54,949 bases of DNA, from the IMG/VR virus record IMGVR_UViG_3300046171_000241; one strand, 5' to 3'. Under the pieces are notes generated by a model. The model ran no database searches. It was not told where the DNA came from and saw only the letters and a list, made by a program, of their open reading frames with translations. Within the stretch, counting starts at the first letter, position 1. Every line of letters begins with the position of its first letter. Position numbers and translations under genes: made by a program. Shown here one piece after another: positions 26,937 to 37,761 of this stretch. The stretch is from an uncultured virus (IMG/VR IMGVR_UViG_3300046171_000241) (lineage: Duplodnaviria; Heunggongvirae; Uroviricota; Caudoviricetes).

Positions 26937-27888
26937 TGATAATCTGTTTCATGAAAGGTAGGTGGTATTTTTCTATGACGTTTTTCCAGTCAAACTGTTG
27001 AGAATATTCTAATATATCTTTTCTATTTTGCAAAGATACTTCTCGATTTTCGATAATCGCCTTTTCGATATACTCAGTATCGTTAATTCTCCACTCTGGA
27101 ATTACAGTAATATACTCCTTGCTCAAGTCAAGATTAGCTTTACCCCATTCAGTTACAACAACACCTAGTCCAGCAGATAGAGCTTCCATACAAACAAGTG
27201 GATGTGCTTCTCCATCAGATAGCAGAACTAAGTTACCATAATCAGTAAGTTCTTGATGAAGTTGCTTCTTTGACCACTCCCCAAGATAATTCTCTGAATC
27301 CTCATCAAATCTACCTTGAGAACTAGGATCAATATTACCAGCGAAATATAAAGAACTTATGCGCTGAAACAACCACTGACGTTTTCTATGATCAATCTTT
27401 GCAAGGTAGATACTTCTATCACCATGCTTTGGATCTAGCGTTTTCCTAAACGTGTCTAGATTGACTCCATTAGGGGTTAGGAAAAGATTCTCCTCTGGTA
27501 TTCCAGCAAGGTTCCTATACACGTCTAGAATGCCCTCAGACAGTCCAAAGACGTTTGGTTTGATAGATGCAAACTGATCAAATACTCTCTGCTTATATCC
27601 GCCATCTCGATGAAGTTGCTCAACATACCCAAAGTGACTTGTTACAGCACAGGGATACTGAATGTATGGGCACAGCACAACATAATCATCATACTGAATA
27701 TGCACAAAATCAGGTGAGAACTGATTCATATTAGCAATCATCTCATTGGGATTAACCGTGTTGATGATTTGAACTTCATGACCCAATTGCTTCAACGCCT
27801 GGGTCATATCCCAAATTAAAATCTCAACTGCACCCCAACCCACAGGAGGAATCTGCGTATACCCTGGTCCAATAATTGATATTCTCAT
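26929..27888 (-). CDS. glycosyltransferase (GT-B, GT4-like)
   Basis: IPPVGWGAVE, PNGV and EAHPLVCMEA. Confidence 0.85.
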   Translation of the reverse strand: MRISIIGPGYTQIPPVGWGAVEILIWDMTQALKQLGHEVQIINTVNPNEMIANMNQFSPDFVHIQYDDYVVLCPYIQYPCAVTSHFGYVEQLHRDGGYKQRVFDQFASIKPNVFGLSEGILDVYRNLAGIPEENLFLTPNGVNLDTFRKTLDPKHGDRSIYLAKIDHRKRQWLFQRISSLYFAGNIDPSSQGRFDEDSENYLGEWSKKQLHQELTDYGNLVLLSDGEAHPLVCMEALSAGLGVVVTEWGKANLDLSKEYITVIPEWRINDTEYIEKAIIENREVSLQNRKDILEYSQQFDWKNVIEKYHLPFMKQIING

Positions 27889-28874
27889 AGCAGGGCAAGA
27901 ATATTCTGTTCATAAGTTTTAACAAGTTTTTGCCAAGACCAATTTTTGACACCATACTCACGAATTTCATCTCTCATAGTAATAGAGATCTCACGATTCT
28001 CTGCAATCTTGTCTTGAACATAATTCAGATCATTCCAATTATCATCATCGATAACAGTAACAAAAGGTAGAGAACGGTCAAGTTCGTGTGCAGACCAATG
28101 AGAAACGACTACACCAAGTCCTGCCATAAATGCTTCCTTAATTACAAGCGGAGATCCATTCTCTCCATCTGACAGAAGAACTAGATTAGCATAGTCGGTG
28201 AGATGATTCATCTTATAATCATGCTCCCATTCTCCAAGATAGTTCTTGAAGTCTTTTTGGAATGGTGTGGTTGCAGTAAAGTGCCCAACAAAATCAATAC
28301 TATCAATAGGAGTATAAAAACATTGCCTCTTCCTCTGCTCAATCTTAGCAAGATAGATTGACCTATCAGGGATTACACATTCTTTATTAAAAGCAATCTC
28401 ATTATGATTCGCACCATTCTTACAAATACGAAGATGCGACTCATCAGCACCTGCTCTCACAAAAGCATCATAATCTTTTTGAGAGATACAGAAATTATAA
28501 TACTCGGTATTATCTCTCAGAAAGTCAAACACTGGACCATACCCATAGATCCTATGAATCTCAGGACGTTCAATGTATGCGTGATGACTGCTGATAGCAA
28601 TCTTTGCTTTTGGTTGAACCTCCTTAACTCTTTCAAGAATAGGATAGAACATATCATAGTGAAGATGAATGAAATCATATTCAATGCCATCTTCAGTCAG
28701 TTCACGAATGATCTGATCATGATCAGGAGTATTGATAATAGTCCCACTATGTCCCAGTTCTCCAAGTTCTTTTGCGTATTCCCATACCAAAAGTTCAACT
28801 GCTCCCCAACCATTAGGTGGAATGGGAAGAATACCAGGACCAATAAATGCGATTTTCATAGTTTTACCACTCAT
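27885..28874 (-). CDS. glycosyltransferase (GT-B, GT4-like), paralog of neighbour
   Basis: IPPNGWGAVE and LVLLSDGE...EAFMAGLGVVV. Confidence 0.85.
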   Translation of the reverse strand: MSGKTMKIAFIGPGILPIPPNGWGAVELLVWEYAKELGELGHSGTIINTPDHDQIIRELTEDGIEYDFIHLHYDMFYPILERVKEVQPKAKIAISSHHAYIERPEIHRIYGYGPVFDFLRDNTEYYNFCISQKDYDAFVRAGADESHLRICKNGANHNEIAFNKECVIPDRSIYLAKIEQRKRQCFYTPIDSIDFVGHFTATTPFQKDFKNYLGEWEHDYKMNHLTDYANLVLLSDGENGSPLVIKEAFMAGLGVVVSHWSAHELDRSLPFVTVIDDDNWNDLNYVQDKIAENREISITMRDEIREYGVKNWSWQKLVKTYEQNILALL

Positions 28875-29592
28875 TATTACCTAAGGACTTATTATCTTTT
28901 GCTAAATGAACAATCTTCTTAGGGAAATTGCAGTATTGCTCAAATAGTTCTGGGAAAGCAAAGGACGCATGTAAAGTATGAGTCTCATCAGTGTGCTCCA
29001 AGAACCATCTGTTCATATAGCTTTCCTCATAATATCTTGCCTGAACATCTCTGTCAACATCATCCTTTGTCCAAGCATCAATCTTACGCATCATATCAAA
29101 GATGTAGGGAACTCTACCTCCCCACAGACAACCTTGCCAGTATATACTCATATCAAGAATATCTTTCGTACAAGCGTTTGAGTTGGGGTTGATGTCGTAG
29201 CAACCAGGATATTTATCATGAGGTCCCATTCCCATAAAATGACAAGGATGATGTACTCCAATATATTTCTTAGAGTCATCAAAAAACTCATCGTACTTGA
29301 TTTCTTCAAAGACATTCATATCAGCGTCTACAGACACCAACCAATCACAACCATTCACCTTGTCTTCTAACTTCAACATTTCCTCAAAGGTCATGTTGAA
29401 TGTATCAGGAAATCCATAATCGGGAATTGGCATCAGATGTAGATTGTCTGGAGCATCTCCAATTTCTCCATCAGTAAATGCAAAATATTCTTTATCAATT
29501 CCAGGTAAGAATTTATCCTCTAAAGATTCATACCAGTTAGGAAGAAACTCAATGTACTTTTGAGTTCCCCAAAAAGTCAGTGCTACTTTCAT
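28864..29592 (-). CDS. glycosyltransferase family 6-like
   Basis: KY..FL, AFTD, DAD, HP, YWQGCLWGG and EESYMN. Confidence 0.8.
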   Translation of the reverse strand: MKVALTFWGTQKYIEFLPNWYESLEDKFLPGIDKEYFAFTDGEIGDAPDNLHLMPIPDYGFPDTFNMTFEEMLKLEDKVNGCDWLVSVDADMNVFEEIKYDEFFDDSKKYIGVHHPCHFMGMGPHDKYPGCYDINPNSNACTKDILDMSIYWQGCLWGGRVPYIFDMMRKIDAWTKDDVDRDVQARYYEESYMNRWFLEHTDETHTLHASFAFPELFEQYCNFPKKIVHLAKDNKSLGNNEW

Positions 29593-29614
29593 TAATAAAA
29601 TGTACAGTGTTATT

Positions 29615-30370
29615 TTAACCCAAAAATATTTGGGGTTCCCAAGCAAAAGAATGCTTTACCCTAGTTGTATCAATATTCAGATATGACCTTTCTGCCTTCT
29701 GATTTATTTTAAGGTTTAACGTTCCACGCATTGATACCTTATCTATTATATCATAGATTGAGATATTCTGTGCTCCCACTAAAAATGTTTCATGTCTCTT
29801 GAAAGAATCCTTCCTTAAGGTTTTTAAGATCAATCTAACAATATCATCAACGTGAACAATGTCAACCGTCGTTTTGAGATTTGCATATATTTCTACAACT
29901 TCATCTGTATCCAAAAGGGTTATGAGTTTGTCTACAAGTCCATTAACTCTTGTCTTATCTACAATACCTCCCCATACATTAGTAACTCTAAAGACTATTG
30001 TTTGACAGTTAAGATTTTCTAATATTTTCTCAACATCCAACTTTGATTTTCCATATAGAGAATGTGGTTTAGGAGAGAGACTAGTATTGTCTCGATGAAG
30101 ATCTCCAGCTGAAGATAAAAATATAATCTTACCGTTTGGATTTTTTCTTTGATAGAGTTCAAATAATTTTCTACTGTTATCTACATCATTAGTTTTTTCT
30201 TTTCCTCTAGTATTAGAAGACCAACCAAGATGAATTAGATAAGATTCATTATGAGATTGAAATACATCAGGGACATCATTCCTATAAGAAATCTTGGTGA
30301 CTTTTAAATCACCAAGAGACATAGACAGTCTACTACCAACCAGTCCGTTGGCTCCTGTAAGGTATATCAT
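29615..30370 (-). CDS. NAD-dependent epimerase/dehydratase
   Basis: TGANGLVG and YxxxK (YGKSK). Confidence 0.85.
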   Translation of the reverse strand: MIYLTGANGLVGSRLSMSLGDLKVTKISYRNDVPDVFQSHNESYLIHLGWSSNTRGKEKTNDVDNSRKLFELYQRKNPNGKIIFLSSAGDLHRDNTSLSPKPHSLYGKSKLDVEKILENLNCQTIVFRVTNVWGGIVDKTRVNGLVDKLITLLDTDEVVEIYANLKTTVDIVHVDDIVRLILKTLRKDSFKRHETFLVGAQNISIYDIIDKVSMRGTLNLKINQKAERSYLNIDTTRVKHSFAWEPQIFLG

Positions 30371-31185
30371 TCAATAATTGTCCAAGCATTAGGAATAAGA
30401 TCAGAAGTGTCTAAATGAGAATTATTTGGTCCAAACCAGATTTTAGGATTTGGAGAACATATTGTCTTATCTTCGTTGACAGATAACCAAGCACCCCACC
30501 AAGAAAAAGAAGAGTTGGCAATAATAAAATCATCACATTGCGACATCAAGTATAGATCATGATAGGGACTATTACCATTAGATACAATAAACCTATTGTC
30601 TTGGAATAATTCTTGTTCCATGCACCAATCAGCATCATCACTAAAGACTACAACTTGTCGATTTGAATCAAACTTACTCAGAGCCTTTTCATAATAGTCA
30701 AGTCCAAGATTAGTATGATTACCAGAATTAATCAGATAATCACCGCGTCTAATATGAAGAGCGATTGGATTCTCAAAACAGTCTTCAATAATTTCTTTGC
30801 ACTCATCAATAATGTTTTTCTGAAAAGTAAATTGAGTTCTTATTTCATCAGAACAATGTTCAAAGTATTTTTCTGTTTGAAAAAATCCATGAAGAGTGCA
30901 ATCAAGTTGTGTATTAGCATGAAGGATATTTTTATTAAAATGATATCCTTTTTCTGGGAGAATATTATCTGTACGAAGAATTCCGACATTATCTGGTTTA
31001 ATGTCAAAACAATCAAATAGTTCAACTCTCAGTTTATTGCCAAGACCATCAATAAAAATCTCATCATGATTAGGAATAGTAAATGTAACTCCAGCATAAC
31101 GAGCAACACCTAAGGTTGCTGCATACTGAAACATTTGATTTCCAAGTTGTCCCATTTTTCCGAGATAATTGAATCCTATAGTCAT
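30367..31185 (-). CDS. alpha-1,2-fucosyltransferase (GT11)
   Basis: GQLGNQMFQYA, HIRRGDY and IIANSSFSWWGAWL. Confidence 0.92.
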   Translation of the reverse strand: MTIGFNYLGKMGQLGNQMFQYAATLGVARYAGVTFTIPNHDEIFIDGLGNKLRVELFDCFDIKPDNVGILRTDNILPEKGYHFNKNILHANTQLDCTLHGFFQTEKYFEHCSDEIRTQFTFQKNIIDECKEIIEDCFENPIALHIRRGDYLINSGNHTNLGLDYYEKALSKFDSNRQVVVFSDDADWCMEQELFQDNRFIVSNGNSPYHDLYLMSQCDDFIIANSSFSWWGAWLSVNEDKTICSPNPKIWFGPNNSHLDTSDLIPNAWTIIE

Positions 31186-31430
31186 TTGCTTTCTACGTTA
31201 CCAAGTTGTCTTTGTATTGCAATAATATTCTTTTCAATTTTTTGAATTTTTTGTTCTTGTTGCTTTAACCAATCAAAGTAAAATGCTTGATCATCTATGT
31301 CTGAAGCGAGACCAGAATCTAGATTATATCTTTCTACTGCCCACTGTGGTGGACTTTTTGTTTTCCAGGGATATAACCAATCCTCTAGATCCATCACAAG
31401 ACTCCAAATGTAGATATGAATGTCTCTCAT
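31182..31430 (-). CDS. hypothetical protein
   Basis: Coupled 82-aa ORF. Confidence 0.6.
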   Translation of the reverse strand: MRDIHIYIWSLVMDLEDWLYPWKTKSPPQWAVERYNLDSGLASDIDDQAFYFDWLKQQEQKIQKIEKNIIAIQRQLGNVESK

Positions 31431-31431
31431 T

Positions 31432-32340
31432 CTAACTCAATTGTCCTGGTCTACGCCATTGCTGCCAGGTAGCATCATCAGTATAAGTAAGTCCTTCCTC
31501 ACAGTAATCACACAGATCAGCACCCTCTTTCCTAATTCTCTTTACAGTCTCAGAGTTTTCAAATTCATCCCAAGTGTTCTCTACAAGGTTACCTAAGACT
31601 TCATCAAGACCATAGTCTTGACAACACAGAGATAATGAACCATCAGGCAAGAGAACGTTTTGATATACTCTAGCGCAATTACCTCTGATATTTTCTTCAG
31701 GCGGAACCTTACCTTTCTTTTCTATCAAGATATTCATTGCTCTACTATTGACCTCACGTTCACCAACGTAGAAATGTCTCTTTAATTCATTAAGTTCGGG
31801 ATGAAGATTACCCAAGCAATGGAAATCAAGTCTATATTGCCCCCATCCATTTCCAGGATTTTGTATAATGAAGTTTAACATGTCATAGTATTCTTCACTA
31901 AGAGACTTAACTTTTTTTCCATCTTGCTCATACACCTTAACAGGAATCTCAACTCCAATCATTTCATCAAATGAACCAGAAGCAAGGTGGATATGCAGTT
32001 CCCTAAAGTTAATATCTTTAATTTTCATCCAATCACTTTTTTTCAACCCCATCAGGGTAGTATTTAAAAGGATGCTATAACCTTGCTCGTAAGCATACAG
32101 CAACATATCAGGAGTTTCTGGATTAAGAAATGGTTCTACATATCCAGTAAAATTTAATCCAACATGTTTTGGCAGTGTGCTGAGACATTTTTTAAATGTC
32201 TCTAAGGTCATCATAGTATCTTTATCGTCACCAATCCTCTCTTTGTATCTTTTGATTAGAGTAGATTGTGGACAATACTCACATACATTGGAACAACCAA
32301 TTTTAGGAGTAACCTCGATATTGTGCTTTAGTTGAATCAT
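31432..32340 (-). CDS. radical SAM/SPASM-domain protein
   Basis: CxxxCxxC (CSNVCEYC) and SPASM-like DGSLSLCCQD...LGNL...CDYC. Confidence 0.88.
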   Translation of the reverse strand: MIQLKHNIEVTPKIGCSNVCEYCPQSTLIKRYKERIGDDKDTMMTLETFKKCLSTLPKHVGLNFTGYVEPFLNPETPDMLLYAYEQGYSILLNTTLMGLKKSDWMKIKDINFRELHIHLASGSFDEMIGVEIPVKVYEQDGKKVKSLSEEYYDMLNFIIQNPGNGWGQYRLDFHCLGNLHPELNELKRHFYVGEREVNSRAMNILIEKKGKVPPEENIRGNCARVYQNVLLPDGSLSLCCQDYGLDEVLGNLVENTWDEFENSETVKRIRKEGADLCDYCEEGLTYTDDATWQQWRRPGQLS

Positions 32341-33200
32341 TCTACTCTCTCCAAGATAACTTCTTTCCCTGCACGATTATATTGCAAGTAATCTACATTG
32401 TTATAGATGGGATCTTCATCTATCTGATAGTTAGTCCAATCGCCAAAGTAAGGGCGATTTACATCGATGATTCCCGCTAGGGCATCGATGGATGATCCAA
32501 CGTCAAGAAACACAGCATCAGTGTAGTTCTTAAGTCTATGTATCAGACCAGACTTAACGTGACCCATACCCATCAAGAAGATTTTAGATGTAGTATTTTT
32601 AAGTTGCTCTCCAACCATTCTTTCGGTTTCATCAATATCATCACAAGCAAATTTCTGAGGAAGGGTTACATAATCCTCAAACTGCTCAAGACCAAGATAC
32701 TCTTGATACTGAGGTGCTTCAATAACATTCTGAATGATATTCAGTTTTGTATCAGCACCAATCAAACCAATTTTTCCAGAGAATGTTTCAAGCAACCACT
32801 TATTAGCAACTAAACCATATCCATATTCTGCTGGGTAATCAATCTTCCTAGAAATTACTTCAGAGAAGTTTTCCATATTCTCTGGGTAAATTTCACAAGT
32901 ATAGTAATCACACAATTGAGCACCTTTTACAAATGCTTCATGATTAATTTGATCATATGATTTACCCAGAGCTCTCTTACCAGGAGTAGCACTTCCAACA
33001 GACTGCTTCCTCAGGAAAAAATAATCACCATCACCAAACTTATAAAAAGTTTTACTCTCTCCCTTATCGACAAGATCTATCAAAAGAGATTTAAACTCTT
33101 CCAACTTTTCTTGAAACTCGGGATATGAGTTTTTGTTCCCAAAGCAGTGATGGGAGTCTAAGTTAATAGTTCCATCAATCTTGTATTGTTCAAGATACAC
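32337..33200 (-). CDS. hypothetical protein, possible GT-D-like glycosyltransferase
   Basis: KFGDGD and FLDVGSSID motifs resemble the GT-D fold (DUF1792). Confidence 0.6.
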   Translation of the reverse strand: MYLEQYKIDGTINLDSHHCFGNKNSYPEFQEKLEEFKSLLIDLVDKGESKTFYKFGDGDYFFLRKQSVGSATPGKRALGKSYDQINHEAFVKGAQLCDYYTCEIYPENMENFSEVISRKIDYPAEYGYGLVANKWLLETFSGKIGLIGADTKLNIIQNVIEAPQYQEYLGLEQFEDYVTLPQKFACDDIDETERMVGEQLKNTTSKIFLMGMGHVKSGLIHRLKNYTDAVFLDVGSSIDALAGIIDVNRPYFGDWTNYQIDEDPIYNNVDYLQYNRAGKEVILERVE

Positions 33201-33202
33201 TA

Positions 33203-34324
33203 TCAGTTCCCCTCAGTAAAATACTTTTTAACCCAGTAGATAACATAATCAATATCTTCTTCAGTCATTCCTGGATGACAAGGGAGACTAATTAGTTTCT
33301 TCCACTCTTTATTCGCTACAGGATAATCCCTTTGATTCATATCCTTAACAATATTATACAAGTGAAGTGGTTTAAAATGAACACTTGTATGAATTTTTTT
33401 ATCAGCGAGATAATCTATAAGACTATCACGATGTTCTTCAGGAACTCTAGCACAATAATACTGAACAGTCTCACTGTGTGCAGGTGGTTGAATAAACTCC
33501 GCTAGTTCTTCATTATATCTCTTCTGAATATGTCTCCTAAACTCCAAGTTCTTAGGTAACTTCTTCATTTGCTCCAAGCAGATTGCTGCCGAGAGATCAA
33601 TCATGTAACACTTATAACCCAGTACATCAACTTCATAGTCCCAGGAGTATCCAGGTTTCCCTGTTAGTCCATCATTTTTCTTGACTCTGGAATATGTACT
33701 AGTGATTCCCAACCAGGTCATAGGAACCAACTTATCGTACAAATCCTTATCGTTAGTAGTAATCATACCACCATCACCACAAGGCATAGTCTTCACTGCT
33801 TGGAAAGACCACACAGCAACATCACCCTTCATTCCAGCACCAGGAGTATAGCAACTGTGAGCACAGTCTTCAATGATGAGTCCATCATAAAACTCACGAA
33901 TTTCATCAATCGGGGCAGGAACACCTGCGTGATTAACGGCAATGATTGCTTTAGTGTTTGGTTTGAGATTCTTACGAACATCTTCTGGACAGATGTTGAG
34001 ATCGTGTGGTCTAACATCTACAATGGTAGAAGTGCAGTTATTCCACAAAGGAACTACAGCAGTAGTCATGAATGATATCGTCGGGTTAATAATATCACAG
34101 TCTTTAATCCCCAGTGCTTTGAGAACCAAGTCCTGTCCACTAGTGGCACTGTTGACTGCTACAGCATACTTAGCACCGACTAATTCAGCAAACTCTTTTT
34201 CAAACTGAGCAACCTTAGGACCTTTACCCCACCAACCACTCTCGATTGATTCTCTGATTGCATTTACTTCTTCTTCACCACCAACAGGACGAAGAACAGG
34301 TAGTGTAGTCTCTCTAATTTCCAT
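33203..34324 (-). CDS. DegT/DnrJ/EryC1/StrS aminotransferase
   Basis: IEDCAHS and the PLP lysine motif SFQAVKTMPCGDGG. Confidence 0.93.
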   Translation of the reverse strand: MEIRETTLPVLRPVGGEEEVNAIRESIESGWWGKGPKVAQFEKEFAELVGAKYAVAVNSATSGQDLVLKALGIKDCDIINPTISFMTTAVVPLWNNCTSTIVDVRPHDLNICPEDVRKNLKPNTKAIIAVNHAGVPAPIDEIREFYDGLIIEDCAHSCYTPGAGMKGDVAVWSFQAVKTMPCGDGGMITTNDKDLYDKLVPMTWLGITSTYSRVKKNDGLTGKPGYSWDYEVDVLGYKCYMIDLSAAICLEQMKKLPKNLEFRRHIQKRYNEELAEFIQPPAHSETVQYYCARVPEEHRDSLIDYLADKKIHTSVHFKPLHLYNIVKDMNQRDYPVANKEWKKLISLPCHPGMTEEDIDYVIYWVKKYFTEGN

Positions 34325-34336
34325 TTTAATCTCCTG

Positions 34337-35083
34337 TCAACAAATGTGGAAGTTTTTTAAGTCTTTGGTATCACCGTTTCTTTCCCAATCGTTACGGAGA
34401 ATACCTAACCAATCTAGGATTTCATATGAGATATTCTTTTCGTGAATGAACTCGTAAAGGTGTACCTCAGAAGAGATATGCTTGTCCGAAAGTTCATCCA
34501 ATCGATCCATGCTATAGGCAGCATAGTCTTTCATATCTTGAGTCTTCATAGAGAAGTAAGTGTCATTAAAGTTATCCTTTTCATTGCACCTGACTACTCC
34601 ATCAAGGTATACATGGCAGTTCTGAACTACAACGGCACCTTCAGACCTCTCTGTCCGCTCAAAGGAATAAGGACAAGACCAGAGCCTTCTACCAGTTACA
34701 TATGAAATATTTTCATATTGATCAAGGTCCAATTGCTTCAATGCTTCATCAAGCATTACCAATTCGCCACAACCCTTATTCCTCTGTCCAATATTTTTAT
34801 CACTTCCCAATGAAATAATTTCTAAACTAGAAAAGTATTCCCTTGCATCAGGATTTCTGATTTCTTTTGGATCATCTATTGTATTCTCTACGATAACCAT
34901 ATCAAAAGATTCAGGCATAACTCTCTCAAGTTGCTGAACCGTTTTAAAATATTCGTCTTCCCTATAGTTGCCTACATTTTCGGAGAGTTGAACTGGTCTG
35001 ATAGAACAAAAGACTAAAGCTAAATTTTTCATGCTAAATTTTTTTGCGCTATGAATAATATATTCAGTGTTATTATATATCAA
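34337..35083 (-). CDS. hypothetical protein in polysaccharide island
   Basis: NKGCGE and TGR motifs; a promoter at ~35072-35100 suggests the start at MKNLAL. Confidence 0.65.
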   Translation of the reverse strand: MIYNNTEYIIHSAKKFSMKNLALVFCSIRPVQLSENVGNYREDEYFKTVQQLERVMPESFDMVIVENTIDDPKEIRNPDAREYFSSLEIISLGSDKNIGQRNKGCGELVMLDEALKQLDLDQYENISYVTGRRLWSCPYSFERTERSEGAVVVQNCHVYLDGVVRCNEKDNFNDTYFSMKTQDMKDYAAYSMDRLDELSDKHISSEVHLYEFIHEKNISYEILDWLGILRNDWERNGDTKDLKNFHIC

Positions 35084-35096
35084 AATTTACAGAGTG

Positions 35097-35912
35097 TCAA
35101 GATTGAAGTTCTGACATAATCTCATACTGTCTATGGAGATGTGCTTCATTCACAAACACAGTGAACAAATCATCATTGTTTTTGTAGACATATGCCATGG
35201 CAGATTGTTCATTATTAATAAGATTATTTTCTAGCATCTTATTACACAGAACATCATCAATCAAATCGCAGAATTTAGAAAGAGATTCAGATCCACCTCC
35301 CCACAATCCAGCCATAACATAAGTTCTAGCATCCCACAAATCCTCTACATTAAATACATTCTTATTAACTAACTCTGGATAGAAGGAGGTCTGAACTTGA
35401 ATTAGTACGCTATCCTTAGTGTCCGCCAATACTTTCATCGCATCTTCTGAAGGATATGGATTGCTGACATCAACATCGTGAGACTCAAAGAATCTAGAAA
35501 GTCCAGCATCCATCCACATAAAGTATTCACTATCGAATGGATTATCCTCAATAACTCTCTTCACCCAAAGGAACTTGGAGTAGATGATTACGTTATAGAG
35601 ACTCAGTTTACATTCAACTCTATCAGGAGCACCAATTTTGTTTTTATAATTATCGTCATCCATAACCTCCTGAATTCTATCGTTCAAGTGATAGTATGGC
35701 ACTTCTTCAAGAGGTTCTGTAATGATTTTAGTTGGCAATCCTTTTCGGTTCTCTTCAACAAATCCCTTTAAAGATTCATCAACAAAGATAACCATAGGAG
35801 ATTTGACTTTCAGAGTTCCTTTAAACCATGTAAGATACTCATTAAAAGTTCTTCCATCTCCTTTCTTATCGCGATTGATATCATAAAGTGCAGTAACAAT
35901 AGTTGCAGTCAT
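35097..35912 (-). CDS. HtrL/YibB-family putative glycosyltransferase
   Basis: TIVTALYDI, NPFDSEYFMWMDAG and NNEQ. Confidence 0.75.
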   Translation of the reverse strand: MTATIVTALYDINRDKKGDGRTFNEYLTWFKGTLKVKSPMVIFVDESLKGFVEENRKGLPTKIITEPLEEVPYYHLNDRIQEVMDDDNYKNKIGAPDRVECKLSLYNVIIYSKFLWVKRVIEDNPFDSEYFMWMDAGLSRFFESHDVDVSNPYPSEDAMKVLADTKDSVLIQVQTSFYPELVNKNVFNVEDLWDARTYVMAGLWGGGSESLSKFCDLIDDVLCNKMLENNLINNEQSAMAYVYKNNDDLFTVFVNEAHLHRQYEIMSELQS

Positions 35913-35914
35913 AA

Positions 35915-36382
35915 TTAAACCTCTTTGTTTAGTTTTTCTATGTAATCAGAGCAAATTCCATAGCAATTAGTTGCTCTAAGAACATCCCATTCCAAATTAT
36001 TCCATTCTGGCATCACTATTATACTACGATTAGTATATTGTTTTCCAGGATAAGTCCAAATGTGTCGTTTACTTGTTAAGGTAAAGTCATCATTTTGATG
36101 CCAAAAATAATTATATCCACTTGTTTCATTTGAAAATGTATGCAGAGTTGTAATATCTTTACAATGAATCCAAAGATATTCTGCACGTCCCGCTAACCAC
36201 CACCATGTTACTGGGTATTGTGGTTCATCGTGACCCAACCACAAACGTTCTGTTTTTGGATCATACCGAACATCAATCTCTACATCATATCCATCTTCTA
36301 TACATTCTTGTATTTTTTTAGGATCGTTTTCAGTATCAGGATTTGGTCCATCAATATTTGCCCTATGTGCAATTAACTTCAT
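35915..36382 (-). CDS. GDPD/PLC-like phosphodiesterase domain protein
   Basis: IAHRAN, EN, DVEIDV, LGHD, WIHCK and GICSD. Confidence 0.8.
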   Translation of the reverse strand: MKLIAHRANIDGPNPDTENDPKKIQECIEDGYDVEIDVRYDPKTERLWLGHDEPQYPVTWWWLAGRAEYLWIHCKDITTLHTFSNETSGYNYFWHQNDDFTLTSKRHIWTYPGKQYTNRSIIVMPEWNNLEWDVLRATNCYGICSDYIEKLNKEV

Positions 36383-37761
36383 TAAACTTCGCCATCATAA
36401 TGCTCAAGGAAGTAGTTCAGATCTTCAGGAGTTCCAATACCCCACATACCTGCTTTGTCAATCTCTTTAATACGGATCTTCTTACCATCACCGATTGCTT
36501 CATTGAATACAGGGCAGACATAGTATTCGTTATTGACACGAATATCCTTCTCAATCATTTGCTCTGCATACTTAACATAGTCAGATCCTTTCTTCCAATA
36601 GTAGATACCCACTGTAGCGTGCTCGGAGATTGGTTTCTTCTCAGCAACCTCAGCAACATATCCATCCTCACCAAGTTTGGCATAAGACCACTTGGGATGA
36701 GTTGCTGGGAAGGTAACGATACCACCGTCAACTTCTCCATTCTGGAAGGCATATAGAGTCTCATTAGAATCCCACTCAACAAACTGGTCAGAGTTTGCCA
36801 TGATCAACGGTTCATCATTGTTGATATACTCTTTTGCAAGTAAGGTGGTGCAAGCCGCTCCTTCAGTGATTCCGTCCACCTGAACGATGTTACATCCAGG
36901 AGCAATAAGAGGAAGTAAGTAATTAAGATTATACTGCTCATAGTGCTCTTTCTGTACAATAAAGGTATAGTTTGCTTTGATGTTCAGATTCTCAGTGACC
37001 ACCTGGATCATTGGTTTACCTTTAACCTCAATCAGAGGTTTTGGGAAAGTATACCCTTGAGATGCAAATCGACTACCACGACCTGCCATAGGAATAAGTA
37101 CGTTCATAGTCTTGCTTTCCCATGCCACTTTTTTCTTACCACCATTTAGAATTTTTTTGATTCGATCAATCTTACTTTGATTAAGATCCTTGCGATCTTC
37201 TACAGGAACTAAATGTGCCTTACTATCTAAAGCACCTTGACGACCAATATGACTATCTTCGATGATCACAGTATCATTTGGGATAGCACCCAGTGCAGTC
37301 ATACACTTCCAATACATTGCTGGGAAAGGTTTATTGCGAACAACATCCTCATTAGAGACATACATATCCACAAACTCAAGCAGTCCCAGACGCAGAAGGA
37401 TAATTTTTACAGTGTTACGAATGCTATTAGAAGCAACTGCAATTTTGTATCCACGATCCACCAACTGCTGGAAATATCCCATCAGTTCATAGTCCTTTGC
37501 AACACACTCATTAAAAATTTTAAGCGTAATCTCTTGCTTATCTCTCCAGATCTTATCATACTGATCTACAGGAAGACCTTTATTCTGTGTGAGTAGTTCT
37601 AATTTAGACTTTGTAGGAAGACCGTCATAAACACTAACGTGCTCTTCTCGACTGATTGCATATTTTGGTCCGAGTGCTTGATTTAGAGCATCATAGTGAT
37701 AGTCTTTACTATCAATAAGAACTCCATCAAGATCAAAAATAACAAGTTTAGTCATCTGCAT
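36382..37761 (-). CDS. HAD phosphatase / nucleotidyltransferase fusion
   Basis: N-terminal FDLDGVL...KP...IEDS; C-terminal IPMAGRGSRF...PKPLI. Confidence 0.88.
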   Translation of the reverse strand: MQMTKLVIFDLDGVLIDSKDYHYDALNQALGPKYAISREEHVSVYDGLPTKSKLELLTQNKGLPVDQYDKIWRDKQEITLKIFNECVAKDYELMGYFQQLVDRGYKIAVASNSIRNTVKIILLRLGLLEFVDMYVSNEDVVRNKPFPAMYWKCMTALGAIPNDTVIIEDSHIGRQGALDSKAHLVPVEDRKDLNQSKIDRIKKILNGGKKKVAWESKTMNVLIPMAGRGSRFASQGYTFPKPLIEVKGKPMIQVVTENLNIKANYTFIVQKEHYEQYNLNYLLPLIAPGCNIVQVDGITEGAACTTLLAKEYINNDEPLIMANSDQFVEWDSNETLYAFQNGEVDGGIVTFPATHPKWSYAKLGEDGYVAEVAEKKPISEHATVGIYYWKKGSDYVKYAEQMIEKDIRVNNEYYVCPVFNEAIGDGKKIRIKEIDKAGMWGIGTPEDLNYFLEHYDGEV

